Part shown: in pieces, positions 35,601 through 47,436 of the stretch
Position numbering within the stretch: position 1 is the first letter of the stretch
Layout of the letters: every line of letters starts with the position of its first letter
Notes under the pieces: generated by a model
What the model was told of the DNA's origin: nothing
Databases searched by the model: none
What the model saw: only the letters and a program-made list of their open reading frames with translations
Position numbers and translations under genes: made by a program
Assembly (NCBI GenBank): GCA_965644315.1
Contig: CBFFRQ010000080.1
Coordinates: forward strand, 1-64,000
Length of the DNA: 64,000 nt
Direction: 5' to 3'
Origin: Caecitellus pseudoparvulus
Lineage: Eukaryota; Protista; Bigyra: Bicosoecida

Positions 35601-38564
35601 CGTCGTGACCGCCCTCCAGACCAACCCCCTGCCTCGGCGCTGTGGCCAGCAGGCCCCGCAAGGAGGCCGTGTCGGGGTCCGGCAGCCCCTGCCCCTGCAC
35701 GTTGGCCAGGAACTGCGTTGCCACCACTGCCTTGCACGCGTTGAGCAGGGCGTCGGGGGGCAGAGCTGCTGCAGCGTGGCGCCCCCGCCCCGCGCCGTCC
35801 AGCTGCGTCAGGGCCAGGCGGGTGACGGCAGCGTGGGCGGGCGCATCGGCCCAGGCAGGCATGACGACGGTGCAGGCGGTGGCGACGTGCCCCGCCGTAA
35901 TACGGCCATCCCCGCCGTGCACCGTGCTGGCCGCCGCCACCGCCCGCGCAGCTGACAGGACGGGCGAGGGAATCACCTGCACCGTGGCGCCCAGGTTCAG
36001 GGGGGGGACACCGCCGCCATCCCGGCCCGCCCGGCTCAGCGTGCTCAGCAAGCGCTGCAGCCAGGCGCACTGTTCCGGCTGCATGCCCAGCGCGGTCGCG
36101 ACAGCGTGCATGACCCACACTTGGCGCCAGAGCAGGGCCAGCCCCAACACAGCCCGCACCTGCTGACCCGTCCCCGCGTCCCCCTGCGCTGCGGACGCCT
36201 TGGCCTGTGTCTCAGCTGCGAGCTCCAGCGCGGAGGCGGCGGCGTCCAGCTGGCCCAGGGCGGTGTCCAGGTCGGCCTGCAAGGCGGACGCCTGGCCCTG
36301 TGCCCCCGCCAACTGTGCCTGCAGCGCAGCATTCGCCTCCAGTGCGTCAGCCAGCTCGCCTTGCAACGCCACGACAGTGTCTGAGTCGGAAGCGGGCGGA
36401 GCAGGTGCCTCGTGGTGGTCAGGGGACGGGACACCCTGTGCCTGGCGCACGTGGTCCATGGTGGGGGGGGGCGAGGCGTTCGGGAGGGGGGGTGCCCCGC
36501 CTCCTCGCCCCGGTGCGTGCAGCACGGCAGCCACACGCTCCTGCATGCCAGCCAGCGCCTCGTTCAGCTTGCTGTGGGCGTGTGCCAGGAGATCTTGGCG
36601 CTCAGGTGGGGACACAGGCGCTGTGTGCTCTGCCTGCGGGGGGGCCTCAGCGCTCGGCAGTGCAGGTGGGGCGTGGTGCTCTGGGTGAGTCACGTGCGGT
36701 GGTGGCGAGGGCGAGGCGACGCCGCCCCCCCTCTCGCTGTGCTGTGGCGACCCTGTCAGGGACAGCGCCCCCTCTGCCAGGTCCTGCAGGGACAGTATGC
36801 CAGTGCCGGGGGTGGGGGCGGGTGGCCGCACTCGAGGGGGGGTCAGCACCAGCTGACTGGTCGGGGAGGCCCCCCCACTGGCCGTGGCCGGTGCCGTGGC
36901 CGTGGCTGCACGACTGGGGGCCGCGCCCAAGGAGGTGGTGTACCGTGGGTGCGCCAGGGTGGTGGAGAAGGGCGTGGGGGAATGCCACGTGGGCGCGACG
37001 ATGACCGCCGCATCCGGCACTGGGCTGGTGGCCCGGGTGGAGCTGGGCGGCGGCGTGCCGCTGGCGCCAGGCGACGCTGACAGGCGCAGCGGGCCTGACG
37101 ACACGCTGGGGGGGGCGCTGGGGCCTCGGGACGGCACTGGTTGTGCCTGGGCACTTGGCGGCGGGCGGCGGGGGGGTGACAGCTGCACCACATCGTCGTC
37201 CTCCCCCCAGGGCCCACCGCGCCCCGCCCCAGGCCCCTCTGTGGAGGTGAGGGGTGACGGCGATGGCATGGACATGCTGGGGACAGAGGGGGGGCGGGAA
37301 GCGGACCGGTCCCCCCCCCTGCCCCCCGAGGACGCCGCGTCGGCATCCATCTCCTCCAGCAGCGCAGTCAGCTCGGGGGACAGCAGGCCGCCCAGAGCGG
37401 AGGGGGCCTGGGGCGGTGTCCCATGCTCCGCGCCCTGCGTGGTGGCACGCGGCCGCTGCGCAGGGCCGGGTGAGGCGCGTTGAGTCACGGGGGCACTGGC
37501 CACCGGTGGCGTACTCTGTCCCTCCTCCCCAGGCGCTGCGTCCACCAAGATGCTCTCTGCTGTGTCATCGCCGTCGCTGCTGCTGCTGCTGATGCTGGGC
37601 AAGCTGGCAGGGGCGGGGGGGGGCGAGGCAGCTTCGGCAGCTGGTGCGGGTGCCGCCGCCTGGCCCCGAGTCAGGAAGCGCCTGACAGCAGCGGGCATGG
37701 CAGTCTGCTGTGCTGGCAGGCTGGGGCTGGCGCGCTGGGGAGGCGTTGCGGGCAAGGGGCCTGTGCCGACGCTGCTGTGGGGGCTGCTGGCGCCTGAGTC
37801 TGTGTGGGAGGGCGGGAGGGGGGGGTAGACGCCCCCCTCCCGCCCAACCCCCAGCGCAGCCGCTTCCCGCACGGCCACACCATCTTCACTGCTGGAGGAG
37901 CTGTCGGAGTCCTCCACCCAGCCTGAGCGAGGTCCGACCCGCGCAGCAGTGGGCGTCGCATCCACCGCCTCCCACCCTCCACCAGCATTGGGAGACACGG
38001 GCGAGGAGGGTGAGCCCTGTGGGGCGCTATCAGCTGCTGGAAGAGCAGAAGAAGGGGAATCTACGCCCGGTGCTGGTTTGCTGACGACGGAGAAGGCGCC
38101 GCGGGGCAGGGCGTCGTCGCTTCGCGTCAAGGTGGGCTGCAGCGTGGCCAGCCACTGCGCCAACGAGACGCTGGTGTCGCCTCCGGACATGTGCCGCACC
38201 ATTGCCTGCACACACGCGTCGTCTAATCCAAGGCCTAGATGCTGCGCGGCCAGTTCCAACTGGTGCTCTGCGAAAGCCGAGCAGTGGGCGGGCACTTGAA
38301 GGTGGCGAGCATGCACACCTATTTCCGCAGACCACGCACCAGACAAGGCCAGAGAGCCCCCGCCAATGATGTCGAAGGCACGGCTGGCATCTGTCAGGGG
38401 GACTCCAAACAGGACGTCCTTGTGGGCGATGCACGCAGCAAAGGCCCCCACTGCATCCGCCACACTTAGCTGCTGTGCAGGAAGCGGCAGAGCACGGTTA
38501 GGCCAAAGTAGCTTGCAACACAGCCAGCGAGCCGCACCCGTTGATCAAAGTCTACAAACTCCAT
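32620..38564 (-). CDS. Large protein: degenerate EF-hand pairs at both ends, Pro/Ser-rich linker, coiled coil, degenerate kinesin-motor-like domain
   Basis: Two inferred 5' introns, the first with a NAGNAG acceptor. Coiled coil LQGELADALEANAALQAQL. Kinesin-order remnants IGLSYAGV..VDLL, LRCAELGFTRR, THGILRMHL, GSLVAVELG, DPLLYLLSAALAGG, TLTP..TL.SL..LAFA. C-terminal MHLEHDTDIDFVEFVEAL. Confidence 0.6.
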
Positions 38565-38740
38565 GCTGAACGCTATAGCATGGGCGCTGCGCTGCAACCG
38601 CCTCGCTGCAACGAGATGGTGCCGCGCTGCCAAGGTGTCCGGCAGTGCCTTCACGCAGGCGTTGACTTGCCGTTGGCCGTCAACGTGCCACGCCACCTGC
38701 AGCTGCACGGAAAGGTGGCTGGGCCGTGGGCAGGCCCGGT

Positions 38741-39440
38741 TCATGCATTGCAGCAACACAGGTGACTTTGATTTGCCCAGTGTGAACGACTGTGTGCAGG
38801 CGGCGCTGCATACCGCTCCCTTGCGGAAAGCTGCACAGCGCACCGTCCTTTCGAAAGCCCTCGATCACACACGCCCACAGGGGCGCTACCTCGACCCTGC
38901 TCGCCCTCGCCTCTGACGCCTCCCTCTGGGCTGCGAGCCGCGGCTGCTGGCCCGTGAAGCCGCAGGGGTGCTGCTCCCGCCTGCATCGGCTGCGTGCGCA
39001 GTGCCGCGGCGACGACCACGCGTGCTTCCCTCGCGAGAGCAACCCCGTCGACGGGTCCTGCAGTGCCGCTCCCCCGGCTGCTGTGCAGGTGAGGGGTCTG
39101 GGCGAGCGCTGGCGGCGCCTGTGGGGGCGAGGCCGCCACCCCCCAGCGCGTCAACCTTGCTGGTCAGGTCTGCCACGGCAGCCAGGACTTCCTGCCGTAG
39201 ATCCTTCAGCCCAAGCTCTAGCATTTGGACACGCTCGTGCAAGGACGTCGACGTGCCGTGTGGGGGCTCATCCTCTCCCTGCAGTGGGACATACTCGGAA
39301 GGTGGGCCAAGTGCGGCCTCCAGACGTCGCACACGGTCAGCCAAGCCCTCCGCGTCGGTCGGCTCAGAAGGGGCAGTAACGCCCAGGTAGGCTGGATTGG
39401 GGGGTGCTGGTAATACTGGGCCGTCATACATGTGCGCCAT
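38741..39440 (-). CDS. Hypothetical short coiled-coil protein (3' end uncertain: 38886 as written, 38741 if the run at 39071-39075 has one extra base)
   Basis: LADRVRRLEAALG and LHERVQMLELGLKDLRQEV heptads; the alternative frame ends AATGCA-TGA (motif at 38744-38749). Confidence 0.5.
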
Positions 39441-39644
39441 CGTGGCTTGGGGTGCCTGGACGAGGCAGGGAAACGGCCTGCCAGCGACCACGCCAAGTTG
39501 CTGGGGGGAGACCAACTCGGGCTTGGTCAAACTTGAGCTCTCGCAGTATTTTGAGTTCGAACGCATGTGCAGATCATTTCTTTGGATTTGCAGCGTTTGT
39601 TGGTTTTGTTGTGGTATTGTGCGCGCAGTTGGTGCGGCCGAGGC

Positions 39645-41312
39645 ATGGAGCCGTCGCAGGCTGCCTCCCCCCCACCCGGTGATTGGCCGGCTCCGGAGTC
39701 TGTGCAGCATGGTATGCAAGAGACGGATGTGCAGCATGTTTTGCAGTCGGAAGATGGCGGGGAAGAAGTCGGAGCGACCATGGAGCCGTTGCAAATGACC
39801 TTCGAAGCACTGGAGCCAACGGCAGTCAAAAGCCGCACCGGCAAGCAAAGCAGCCTCACCCTGTCCCTCTGCCACTCTGGACTGCAAGTAGCGGTTGCGA
39901 AGGATAAAGTCGTGCACGTGTACACGTGCACCGGCCTGCAGCCAGTCGCTCGCCTGGCAGCTCCGGCCGCCGTCACCGCCCTTGCCTGGTCCAGTGACGA
40001 CGTCTTTCTCAGCGTGCAAAGCGCTGGCAGCTCAGCTGTGCAGGTGCTGTGCCCTGCGCAGCCCAGCTGGTCCTGCACTGTGGATGAAGGTGTTGCTGGG
40101 CTCGCAGCCGCCGTGTGGGTCCCCCACCAGCATGCCCTCCTGACGTTGGCCCCCTTTGGGCTGCACTGCACCGCCTGGCATTTGCACAGCGGCACTGGCG
40201 TCGCGTTGCCGGCTGCCAAGGCCCTCCCCGCCGCAGCAGCGTTTGCCAAGCATGGCTCTACGCACTGGTGTGCGCTGCTCAGCCGCGTGCCGGGGCGGGA
40301 CGTGCTGCAGTGGTTCGACACCTCCCACACTGCATCTGCTGCGCTGCCAGAAGCAGGTGACGTGTGGCCTGCCTTGCATGCCCCTGTGGAGCTGGGGACA
40401 GATGACGCGGAAGGGCTGGTCATGGCACAGGATGGGTCGTGTGTGTGGGTGGTGGACAGCGCCATGCAGTGCCGGGTGGAGGCCTGGAGTGCACAGGGCA
40501 AGCGCCTCGCAACGTTGGCGCCGCAGGCGACGGGGCTGGGCGCTGTCCTGCGCACCACCCGCCTGTCCCCTGCTGGCACCCTGCTGCTCCTCCCAACACA
40601 TGCCGGCCGTGTTTACTTGTACAATGCCCTGTCCCAGGCGCTGGTGGGGGAAGCCAGTCCTTTTGAAACGACGACGTTGGACGCTTCGGAAGTGCCGGTG
40701 TTTGTGAGCGTGCCGCCCGGCGCGGACACAGCGCTGCTCACCGACGCTGCGGCGAGGCAGCACGCCGCCTTCAACATTGGCAAGTTCAGACATGCCTGGG
40801 AGGGCGAGTGTGATGGGTTTGTCGCGGCTGCAGGGCATGTGGCGCTGCCTGCCCTGCCAGCTGCCGCCGTGCACGCAGATTCCCCGCCACGCCTTGGCGC
40901 CACACACATCGCGACCATTTCACCAGACGACGCCTACCTCGCCTGTGTCTGTGCCTCCATGCCCAGCGTCGTGTGGGTGTACACCTGTGCGGGGCAGGGG
41001 GGGGCGCCTGGGCCCTTGCCCCTCGTGGCGGCACTCTGCCTGAGCGGGGCTGTGACGGCGGCAGAGTGGGGGAGCGCTGGGTGCTTGCTGCTGGCGTACG
41101 GTGGCCGGCACCTGGCTGTGTGGGAGGCGGGCTGCGCCTACTGCGTGTCCGTGCAGGTGCAGGACAGTGGGCCAGGCATGCTGGTGCGCAGGGTGCAGGG
41201 TGGCGCCGGCGGCACGTGGCTGCTGTCCAACCGCAGACACTGGTGCATTGGGCACGCGTTGCAGGCGCCACAGGAGCACGCTGCCACCCCGGCAGGCGCA
41301 GGCTCGGGCTGA
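39645..41312 (+). CDS. WRAP73: WD repeat protein WRAP73/WDR8 (centriole/cilium)
   Basis: WSCTVDEGVAGLAAAVWVP..LLTLAPFGLHCTAWHL, LGTDDAEGL..VWVVDS, SPDDAYLA..SMPSVVWV match the WRAP73 pattern. Confidence 0.85.
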   Translation: MEPSQAASPPPGDWPAPESVQHGMQETDVQHVLQSEDGGEEVGATMEPLQMTFEALEPTAVKSRTGKQSSLTLSLCHSGLQVAVAKDKVVHVYTCTGLQPVARLAAPAAVTALAWSSDDVFLSVQSAGSSAVQVLCPAQPSWSCTVDEGVAGLAAAVWVPHQHALLTLAPFGLHCTAWHLHSGTGVALPAAKALPAAAAFAKHGSTHWCALLSRVPGRDVLQWFDTSHTASAALPEAGDVWPALHAPVELGTDDAEGLVMAQDGSCVWVVDSAMQCRVEAWSAQGKRLATLAPQATGLGAVLRTTRLSPAGTLLLLPTHAGRVYLYNALSQALVGEASPFETTTLDASEVPVFVSVPPGADTALLTDAAARQHAAFNIGKFRHAWEGECDGFVAAAGHVALPALPAAAVHADSPPRLGATHIATISPDDAYLACVCASMPSVVWVYTCAGQGGAPGPLPLVAALCLSGAVTAAEWGSAGCLLLAYGGRHLAVWEAGCAYCVSVQVQDSGPGMLVRRVQGGAGGTWLLSNRRHWCIGHALQAPQEHAATPAGAGSG

Positions 41313-41319
41313 GGCGGCC

Positions 41320-42210
41320 TTACCCTGGGTCTCCGGCGGGGGCTGGGTCGCTGTCCAGGCGCAGTCTGGGCTGGGTGGGGCTGCTGTGTGCGGCGCCACG
41401 CTGCCCTTGCGCCAGGGGCGGGTGGCCTGAACCAGCCGTCTCGCCTGTGCGGCCCGAGTCCACGCCGCTGCGTTGCAGGGCGCCAGCGTCGGAGTCAGCG
41501 CCGTTCCCAGCCGTGGAGGCGGGAATGGGCGAGGAGAAGCCAAACTCGTCCTCTCCCTCTGGGCTGCCAGTCCCATGTGCCGCTGGCTGTGCTGCGAGGG
41601 AGGCGTGGGTGGCTCCTTGGCCGCCTGCAGCGTCACCAAAAGCATCTGCCCCTTGCCCGTGCAGAGGCAGGCCGAAGCCGAGCGTGGCAGGCAAGGAGCT
41701 GGAGTCCTCCAGGCCGAATTCATCCTCTTCCGCGACGATGTCTTGGCCAGGCTTCCGGAGCTGCATTCCCCTGTGCATGGGAGGAGCCCGAGTGGAAGTT
41801 GCTGCCTCGCGGAAATTGGTGCCTCGCGTGTTGGTGCGCAGCACGCACCTTGTCTTCCGTCCCGCCTTCAAGCTCTCCGTGATACTGGCCAGATCTGCAC
41901 AAGAGTGTGGTTGGACGGGTGCCATGGAGTGGGCCAGCTTGCACGGGCCAAGGCGCGCCCGCCACGCACCGCTGCCATGCGGCGTTTCTCCAATGCTGCT
42001 TGACCTTGCAGCGGGGTCCACAGACGAGGCACTCAGCAACTGCCGCACTTGCTTGTGCTCCGCTGCAAAGTCGCCGATGTCTGTGAACTTGCCCTGGTCC
42101 CCGTCGCCTTCCCGTGCCAGGGAGCCCTCCCCGTCCAACTCGGCAGCGCTGCCAGTTACATACCTGTCCCCTCCCACCTGCACCTGGCTCTTGCTGCTCT
42201 GGCAACCCAT
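41320..42210 (-). CDS. Dually acylated (MGCQSSK) disordered protein with acidic-Phe motifs
   Basis: N-myristoylation/palmitoylation-type start; probable in-frame gtgcgt..gcag intron; motifs DIGDF, EEDEFGL, DAFGD, EDEFGF. Confidence 0.65.
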   Translation of the reverse strand: MGCQSSKSQVQVGGDRYVTGSAAELDGEGSLAREGDGDQGKFTDIGDFAAEHKQVRQLLSASSVDPAARSSSIGETPHGSGAWRARLGPCKLAHSMAPVQPHSCADLASITESLKAGRKTRCVLRTNTRGTNFREAATSTRAPPMHRGMQLRKPGQDIVAEEDEFGLEDSSSLPATLGFGLPLHGQGADAFGDAAGGQGATHASLAAQPAAHGTGSPEGEDEFGFSSPIPASTAGNGADSDAGALQRSGVDSGRTGETAGSGHPPLAQGQRGAAHSSPTQPRLRLDSDPAPAGDPG

Positions 42211-42450
42211 GGGAGGGTTGCTGTGCTGCCCAGAGCCTCTTGTGCAGTGGCTCTGGGAAGCGCTGCTGCTGTATTACGGTCTGGCTAGCTAGTGCTGCCG
42301 CGAACGGTGCCTGTCCTCTGCCGGACTCAGCGCTGCATCGGCTTGGCGACGGCAACTGTGCACCACACACAGTGCAACTCGGCCAAACACGTCAGCCACG
42401 CAGATGCGCTGCGTGGAAAAAGGGGCACGAGTACGGCGCGATATGCTGCA

Positions 42451-42456
42451 TGCATT
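42451..42456 (-). terminator. AATGCA about 100 nt downstream of the Sfi1-like gene
   Basis: Context caatgcatgca on the minus strand, similar to 9177-9190. Confidence 0.5.
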
Positions 42457-42557
42457 GATTTGAACCTGCGAGGGAAAAGCTTGCCGTGTGCGGCCTAGAG
42501 CGAGCGGCCAGCTTCCCGCACTGGCCAGCCACACGCCTCGGCCCGCAGCCACACGAC

Positions 42558-45083
42558 TCAGCGCCGGCCCCGCCGCCGCCTGGCCTGCAACTTCGCATCC
42601 ATGACTGCGGCGTCAGCTGACCGCCTCAAACTCTCCCCTGGCCGCCTGCCCTGCCTGTGCACGAAGCGGTCCACCCACCAGGATGACTCCTGCCCTTTGC
42701 GTGTGCTGGCGGGCTGGAAGGGCGCTGAGGAGCGCACCAGCACCTGCCCCGACGCAGACACGGCACTGCCCTCGGCAGGAACCCTGGACAGCCACGTTCC
42801 AATGTCTGTCATCGTGCGGGCGGGAGCAGGGGGGCGAGAAAACGCCCCCAGTGTCCCGGGAGCGTGGTTTGGCCGGTGAGAGAGTTGCACCTGCTCCAGG
42901 TACGCCGCGCCAGCATCATCGCCGCCTGCACTCTTGGCGGCACCGCTTCGTGCCTGAGCCCCGCGTTGTGTCGGGCTTCCTCCGCCTGGCCCCCCTGCTT
43001 GGTGGCGTGGGTGGTGGACATGCCTGGTCTCACCGTGGCCGCCGCCACCAGCAGCCTTACCCGCCTGGCACACAGGGTGCACCTCCACGTGGTCGCCCGC
43101 GTGGATGGGCATGCTGCTGGCTGAGGACCGCGTGCTGCGGCTGGCATGCCAGTCGTGTGGTCTGGGCGGACCCGCCTCCCCCACCGGGCCGTCCAGGCTG
43201 TGTTGTACGTAGGGCACAGGCACCACGGCCGAGTCCGCGCGGGGGTCCACAGACACGAACACCCGTGCTCGGCCCCGATTGACAGACGCGAACACTTCCG
43301 TGGCCGCGTCCAGGCGGCGCTCCAGATGCTCACGTGCCGAGCAGTAGCCGCCCACTAGGCGCCGCTTGGCGTCAGCCCGCTGCGCAGCCAAGTGGTCCTG
43401 GGAAGCAGATGAGGGCGCACCGGCGCCTGCACGGCGAGCCTTGCGCTGCAGGTGTGCCACTTCCCTGTCCCTGCGCACTTGGGTTTTGCGGAGGTTGGCT
43501 TGCGCCAGCAGCCTGCTGGAACGTGTGCTGCCACTGCGTGCCTGCACCTGGGAAGCGGACAAGTGCTTGAACGACGAACGCACAGCAGAGACGGCAGCAG
43601 CCTTGTCCTCTGCCAGCTTGCGCTCCGCCGCGGCGGAGGAAGAGTGGAAGTGGCTGTGCCACACGCTTTCTTTGGCGGCGCCTGAGCGTTTCCGCGGAAC
43701 AGTCTCCGGCTCGTCGTGCACCAGGCCACGCAGCAGCACCGTGTCATAGCCAGCCCCGTCCCGCCGCCGCAGCTGCGCCTTGGGTGCCCCTGCATACCGC
43801 TTACCCCGCGGGGCATACCCGCGCAGGCAGCCACACAGCGTGGGCACGTATGGCGCCACTGCATCAGGCGGGGATGCAGGCGGAAGTGTGCTGGCCGCAG
43901 GGGACGCGGGCACGCTCAAGTCTTCCGGGCGCAGGATGGGCAGCGGTCTAAACTTGGGCGGCAGCTGCATCCATGCCCACCAGGCAGCCCGCAGGGCCCG
44001 CAAACGCATGAGGCGGCGCCAGAGCTCTTGAAACCACCGCAGGCGCCGTGCCCACGCAACGAACCAGCGCCACCGCAGCCACCGGCGGCGCAGGCTTGCC
44101 CGCCGCGACATGAAGGCCAGAGTGCGAGACAGCAAGCAGGCGTAGTACCAGCGTGCCCAGGCCTTGCGCAGGCGGACGTGTTTGGCCAGGATGGCACAGG
44201 CACGCAGCAGGCGAGTGTGGCGCACCCACCGCCGCCATGCCAGCAGCAACTGCCCGGCACCGGAGGAACGCATGAGGCGCTCCAGGATACGACGCAGCCA
44301 CTGCCTGCGCCGCATGTACAGGACCCAGGTGTCCCAGCGCTGGCGCAGCTGCAGCTGGCGCCAGGCGGCCAGAGTGGCTCGCTCCGCCAAACGCATGCGC
44401 AGCGTCCATAGCACCCACAGACGGAAGGGTGGGCGGGTGTGTGCCCGGAACAAGACGTTCTTCAGCGACGTCGCAAACAGCCGCATGCCTTTGATCCTGT
44501 ACACCCTCTCCCGCCAGCGCACGAACAATGTGCGCAGCAAGGCACGTGTGCCGTCGGAGCGCTGCTGCGGCCTGCGCCAGGCCAGCCACCTGCCGAAGGC
44601 GCAGGCCAGCTCCCGCTTGGTGTGGCTGCGCACAGCCCACGCCAGCGGCTGCCAGTGAGTGAGAAGATCTCGTTGGGCTGCCGCGGCCATGGTTCGCGCT
44701 TCGTCTTGGTCAAGGAAGAGCAGCACGCGGGACGCCCGTGCGGAAATCGCATCAGCCTGCCGCTCCGGCGACATCCTGACCCGTGGCCACAGGGACTGTG
44801 GCAGTTCGGCCAGTGCGTCTGGGCCAAAGAGCCCCTTGCCTACAATTCTCGCATGTCCAGCCGTCGCTATGGCCTCGTCCACTCTGTACAGTGCAGAGGC
44901 GGCGCAGCAGTGTCACCTCGCGCTGCGTGTCGCGGCGACGGAGCCGTGCGACACACACCCCACATCCAACCCTTTTCCGCTGCCCGGGAAGGCATACTCG
45001 ACCGCCGCACCACCACCCGAGGTACCTCCCACATGAAAAGCCTGTCGGGCTCGTTCCAGCACGGCAGCCTTCAGCGCACACAT
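42558..45083 (-). CDS. Sfi1-repeat-like (centrin-binding) Arg/Trp-rich protein; start uncertain
   Basis: Periodic L..AF.RW / W..W units (LACAFGRW, TLFVRW, PFRLW, QRWDTW, AWRRW, AWARW, RWLRW, AWWAW) at roughly 23-33 aa spacing. Confidence 0.6.
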
Positions 45084-45388
45084 CGTGCCGCTTGGACACG
45101 ACGACCCAACGCCTGGCTCAGCAATGCCCGTCGAGGCTGGCAGCTCGCAGCGGACACGGGTGAGCCCCCAGGCTATGACGGACGGATTGAAATGATACGC
45201 AGAGTCATACGTTCCTGCTGTGGCACGGCGAGGCAGCAAACCGCACTGCAGCCGGCCCTTGGCGTTTTGCGCAGGCTGCTGCATTGCGTGGCAGGCGCCA
45301 AAAACCCACGCTGCGCCACAGCCTGCAACCACTCTCACAACGACACCGAAACCAGTGCAAACTGCATGAAGCGGTATTCTGTCGAGCA

Positions 45389-46903
45389 ATGAGTGCGTTG
45401 CGGGGCCTCGAGGGGGAGTTCGTTGCGCGGCGCCCGCTGCAGCCGGGACAACGCGCCAACACGACAGCCAGCACGAAACGCAGCAGCCAGGCCAGCTTGG
45501 TGTACGAGCGCGCGCCGCTGTGCATGCAGGGCGAAGGCGCCTGTGCGAAGGTTCGGCCTCCAAGAGCACCTCTGCAGCTTATCAAGGAGGACGACCGCTG
45601 GATGCGTGGCCTGGCTTCTGCGCTGTCAGCGCTGGCTGGCATGGTGCAGGTTCCGCAGGCGTGGAAGCTGCCGCCCGATGCCACATCAGCTGCAGCAGGC
45701 CTGCAAGACACCCGAAACGCGCTGCGAAACAACGCAGCAGCATTGCATTCAGCCATCAGCAACCTGGTGAAAGTTGCGCTGGGTGTGACTCCCGAGAGCA
45801 GCAGGCTGCGTGGCCTGACCTTGCACCGCACAAACACCATGCTGGCGACACTGCCGCTGGTGCAGCACCAGGTGGTGCAGATGACGCACGCATACAACAA
45901 GCTTGTGTTCATGCACACGGTCATGAACGCGCTCTTCTCCCCTGCTGTCCTCCCCAGCATCCTTGACCCCGTCCACGACGCGGAAGCGCTGCGCACCGGG
46001 CCGCTGCAAGGCCTGAACAGCACAGTGCAGGGCAGCATCCTGGAGCTGCGGGAGCTGTACTGGGCGGCGGCCTCGGAGAAGCAGCGACTCATCGTGTACG
46101 CCACCTGCTGCAAGCAGTGGGGAGCTCTCAGCTGCCTGGCTGCCGGCAGCACACTGACGCACGCGACCCTGGAGGCACTGCGCATCGCCCACATCACACA
46201 CATTGCGCGAGCCAGTCTCTCGCCGACCACGGCGGCCAGCTTGGACTGGTTCCCGCAAGCAGGGGCCCAGCTGGTGCGCTGGCAGGTCGCGCTGGGTTCG
46301 GTCCAACCACACACCCTCGGCCTGCACGTCGTGTGCGCACTGCAAGCTTGCGCGCTGCACCTTCTGCCTGCGGCAGCCAAGAACATTGCCGTGCGGGGGC
46401 TACGCGTGCAGGTGCACTTGCCAGCGCGGGGCGAGCAGGACGGCTGGGCCGTGGAAGTGCACGGCGGGCGCCAGGATGCCATGGCAGTGCAAGCTGAGCT
46501 GTGTCACCAGCACAAGGCATCTGAAGTGCATGTCCCATGCGCCGGCACGCAGGCGGCTGCCGCCACACAGCCCTTGTGTGTCGTGGCCGCCAACAGTGGG
46601 CTGACCCTGGAGCTGAACCAAGTGTGCACCCCTGACCCTCTCCCCGCGATGCACCAGGCGGCCAAGGCCTGGGTACAGCGCCACGTGTCCGCCAAGGGGC
46701 ACTGGGTCGTCACCTACGACGAGGACATGGGCCAGGACGAGGTGCAGGTGACGAAGGCAGACCGCCCAGCACCCGGCACCAGGCCCCCTTCTGCTCGATC
46801 AGTCACGGATGCGGCGCTGGAGATGGTCGGCGCGACGCTGGCAGGCCCCCGCATCACAGTCTCGGCCCGTCGGCGGCTCTACGTCGCGCTGCCGGAAGGC
46901 TGA
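45389..46903 (+). CDS. Hypothetical protein (~500 aa)
   Basis: Long ORF with coding-type codon bias; no recognised domain. Confidence 0.6.
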   Translation: MSALRGLEGEFVARRPLQPGQRANTTASTKRSSQASLVYERAPLCMQGEGACAKVRPPRAPLQLIKEDDRWMRGLASALSALAGMVQVPQAWKLPPDATSAAAGLQDTRNALRNNAAALHSAISNLVKVALGVTPESSRLRGLTLHRTNTMLATLPLVQHQVVQMTHAYNKLVFMHTVMNALFSPAVLPSILDPVHDAEALRTGPLQGLNSTVQGSILELRELYWAAASEKQRLIVYATCCKQWGALSCLAAGSTLTHATLEALRIAHITHIARASLSPTTAASLDWFPQAGAQLVRWQVALGSVQPHTLGLHVVCALQACALHLLPAAAKNIAVRGLRVQVHLPARGEQDGWAVEVHGGRQDAMAVQAELCHQHKASEVHVPCAGTQAAAATQPLCVVAANSGLTLELNQVCTPDPLPAMHQAAKAWVQRHVSAKGHWVVTYDEDMGQDEVQVTKADRPAPGTRPPSARSVTDAALEMVGATLAGPRITVSARRRLYVALPEG

Positions 46904-47436
46904 CGCGGGGCCTCGTCCCCTGACGAGATGTCCGTGGAGGATGCAGCCTCATGCAGCACGCTGGGGCTGAGCAGGCCCATGCGGTGCGTGTTGTTCGTGG
47001 GGCGGTGGGGTGTGCTGGCAGAGGGCACGGCCTTGCCTGGTCGCAGCAGCAATTCAGCTGCCACATGCACGACTCCTTGCGCCTGGGCCAGAGCGTGGGC
47101 GGCTGCAGGCTGCGGGAAGCCCATGGCTTGCAGCGCTTGCAGCCCAGGAGACGGACCCTGCTGCACAGCGCTTCTCCCGCCAATGACGAGGTTTCGGTGC
47201 CGGCGCCCCTGCAGAGTGTCGCTGGGAGGGCCCGGCAGAGGGAGGGGCGTTGTTTGCGGAAGTTGAGCAGTTGCCAACGCTGGCACGCCAGGCGCGGCCG
47301 GGCGCGAGAGGAAGACCGGAGTCCCTTCAGCTTCTGGAGACATGCTGTCACTCGTGTCCCGCACTGCCTCGTCCCCGCTCTGGCTGCTGGCATCAAAGCA
47401 GCGAGCGCTGGCTTGCTCCGAGACTTGAGCAGCCAT
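46879..47436 (-). CDS. Small UBA-domain protein
   Basis: GLQALQAMGFPQPAAAHALAQAQGVVHVAAELLL is a UBA (MGF motif). TATAAAT lies at 47561-47567 on the same strand. Confidence 0.65.
   Translation of the reverse strand: MAAQVSEQASARCFDASSQSGDEAVRDTSDSMSPEAEGTPVFLSRPAAPGVPALATAQLPQTTPLPLPGPPSDTLQGRRHRNLVIGGRSAVQQGPSPGLQALQAMGFPQPAAAHALAQAQGVVHVAAELLLRPGKAVPSASTPHRPTNNTHRMGLLSPSVLHEAASSTDISSGDEAPRQPSGSAT

Noticed and set aside
39552-39562. GAGTTCGAAC, B-box/tRNA T-loop-like
   Set aside because: No cloverleaf stems or A-box; it lies in a 204-nt divergent spacer.
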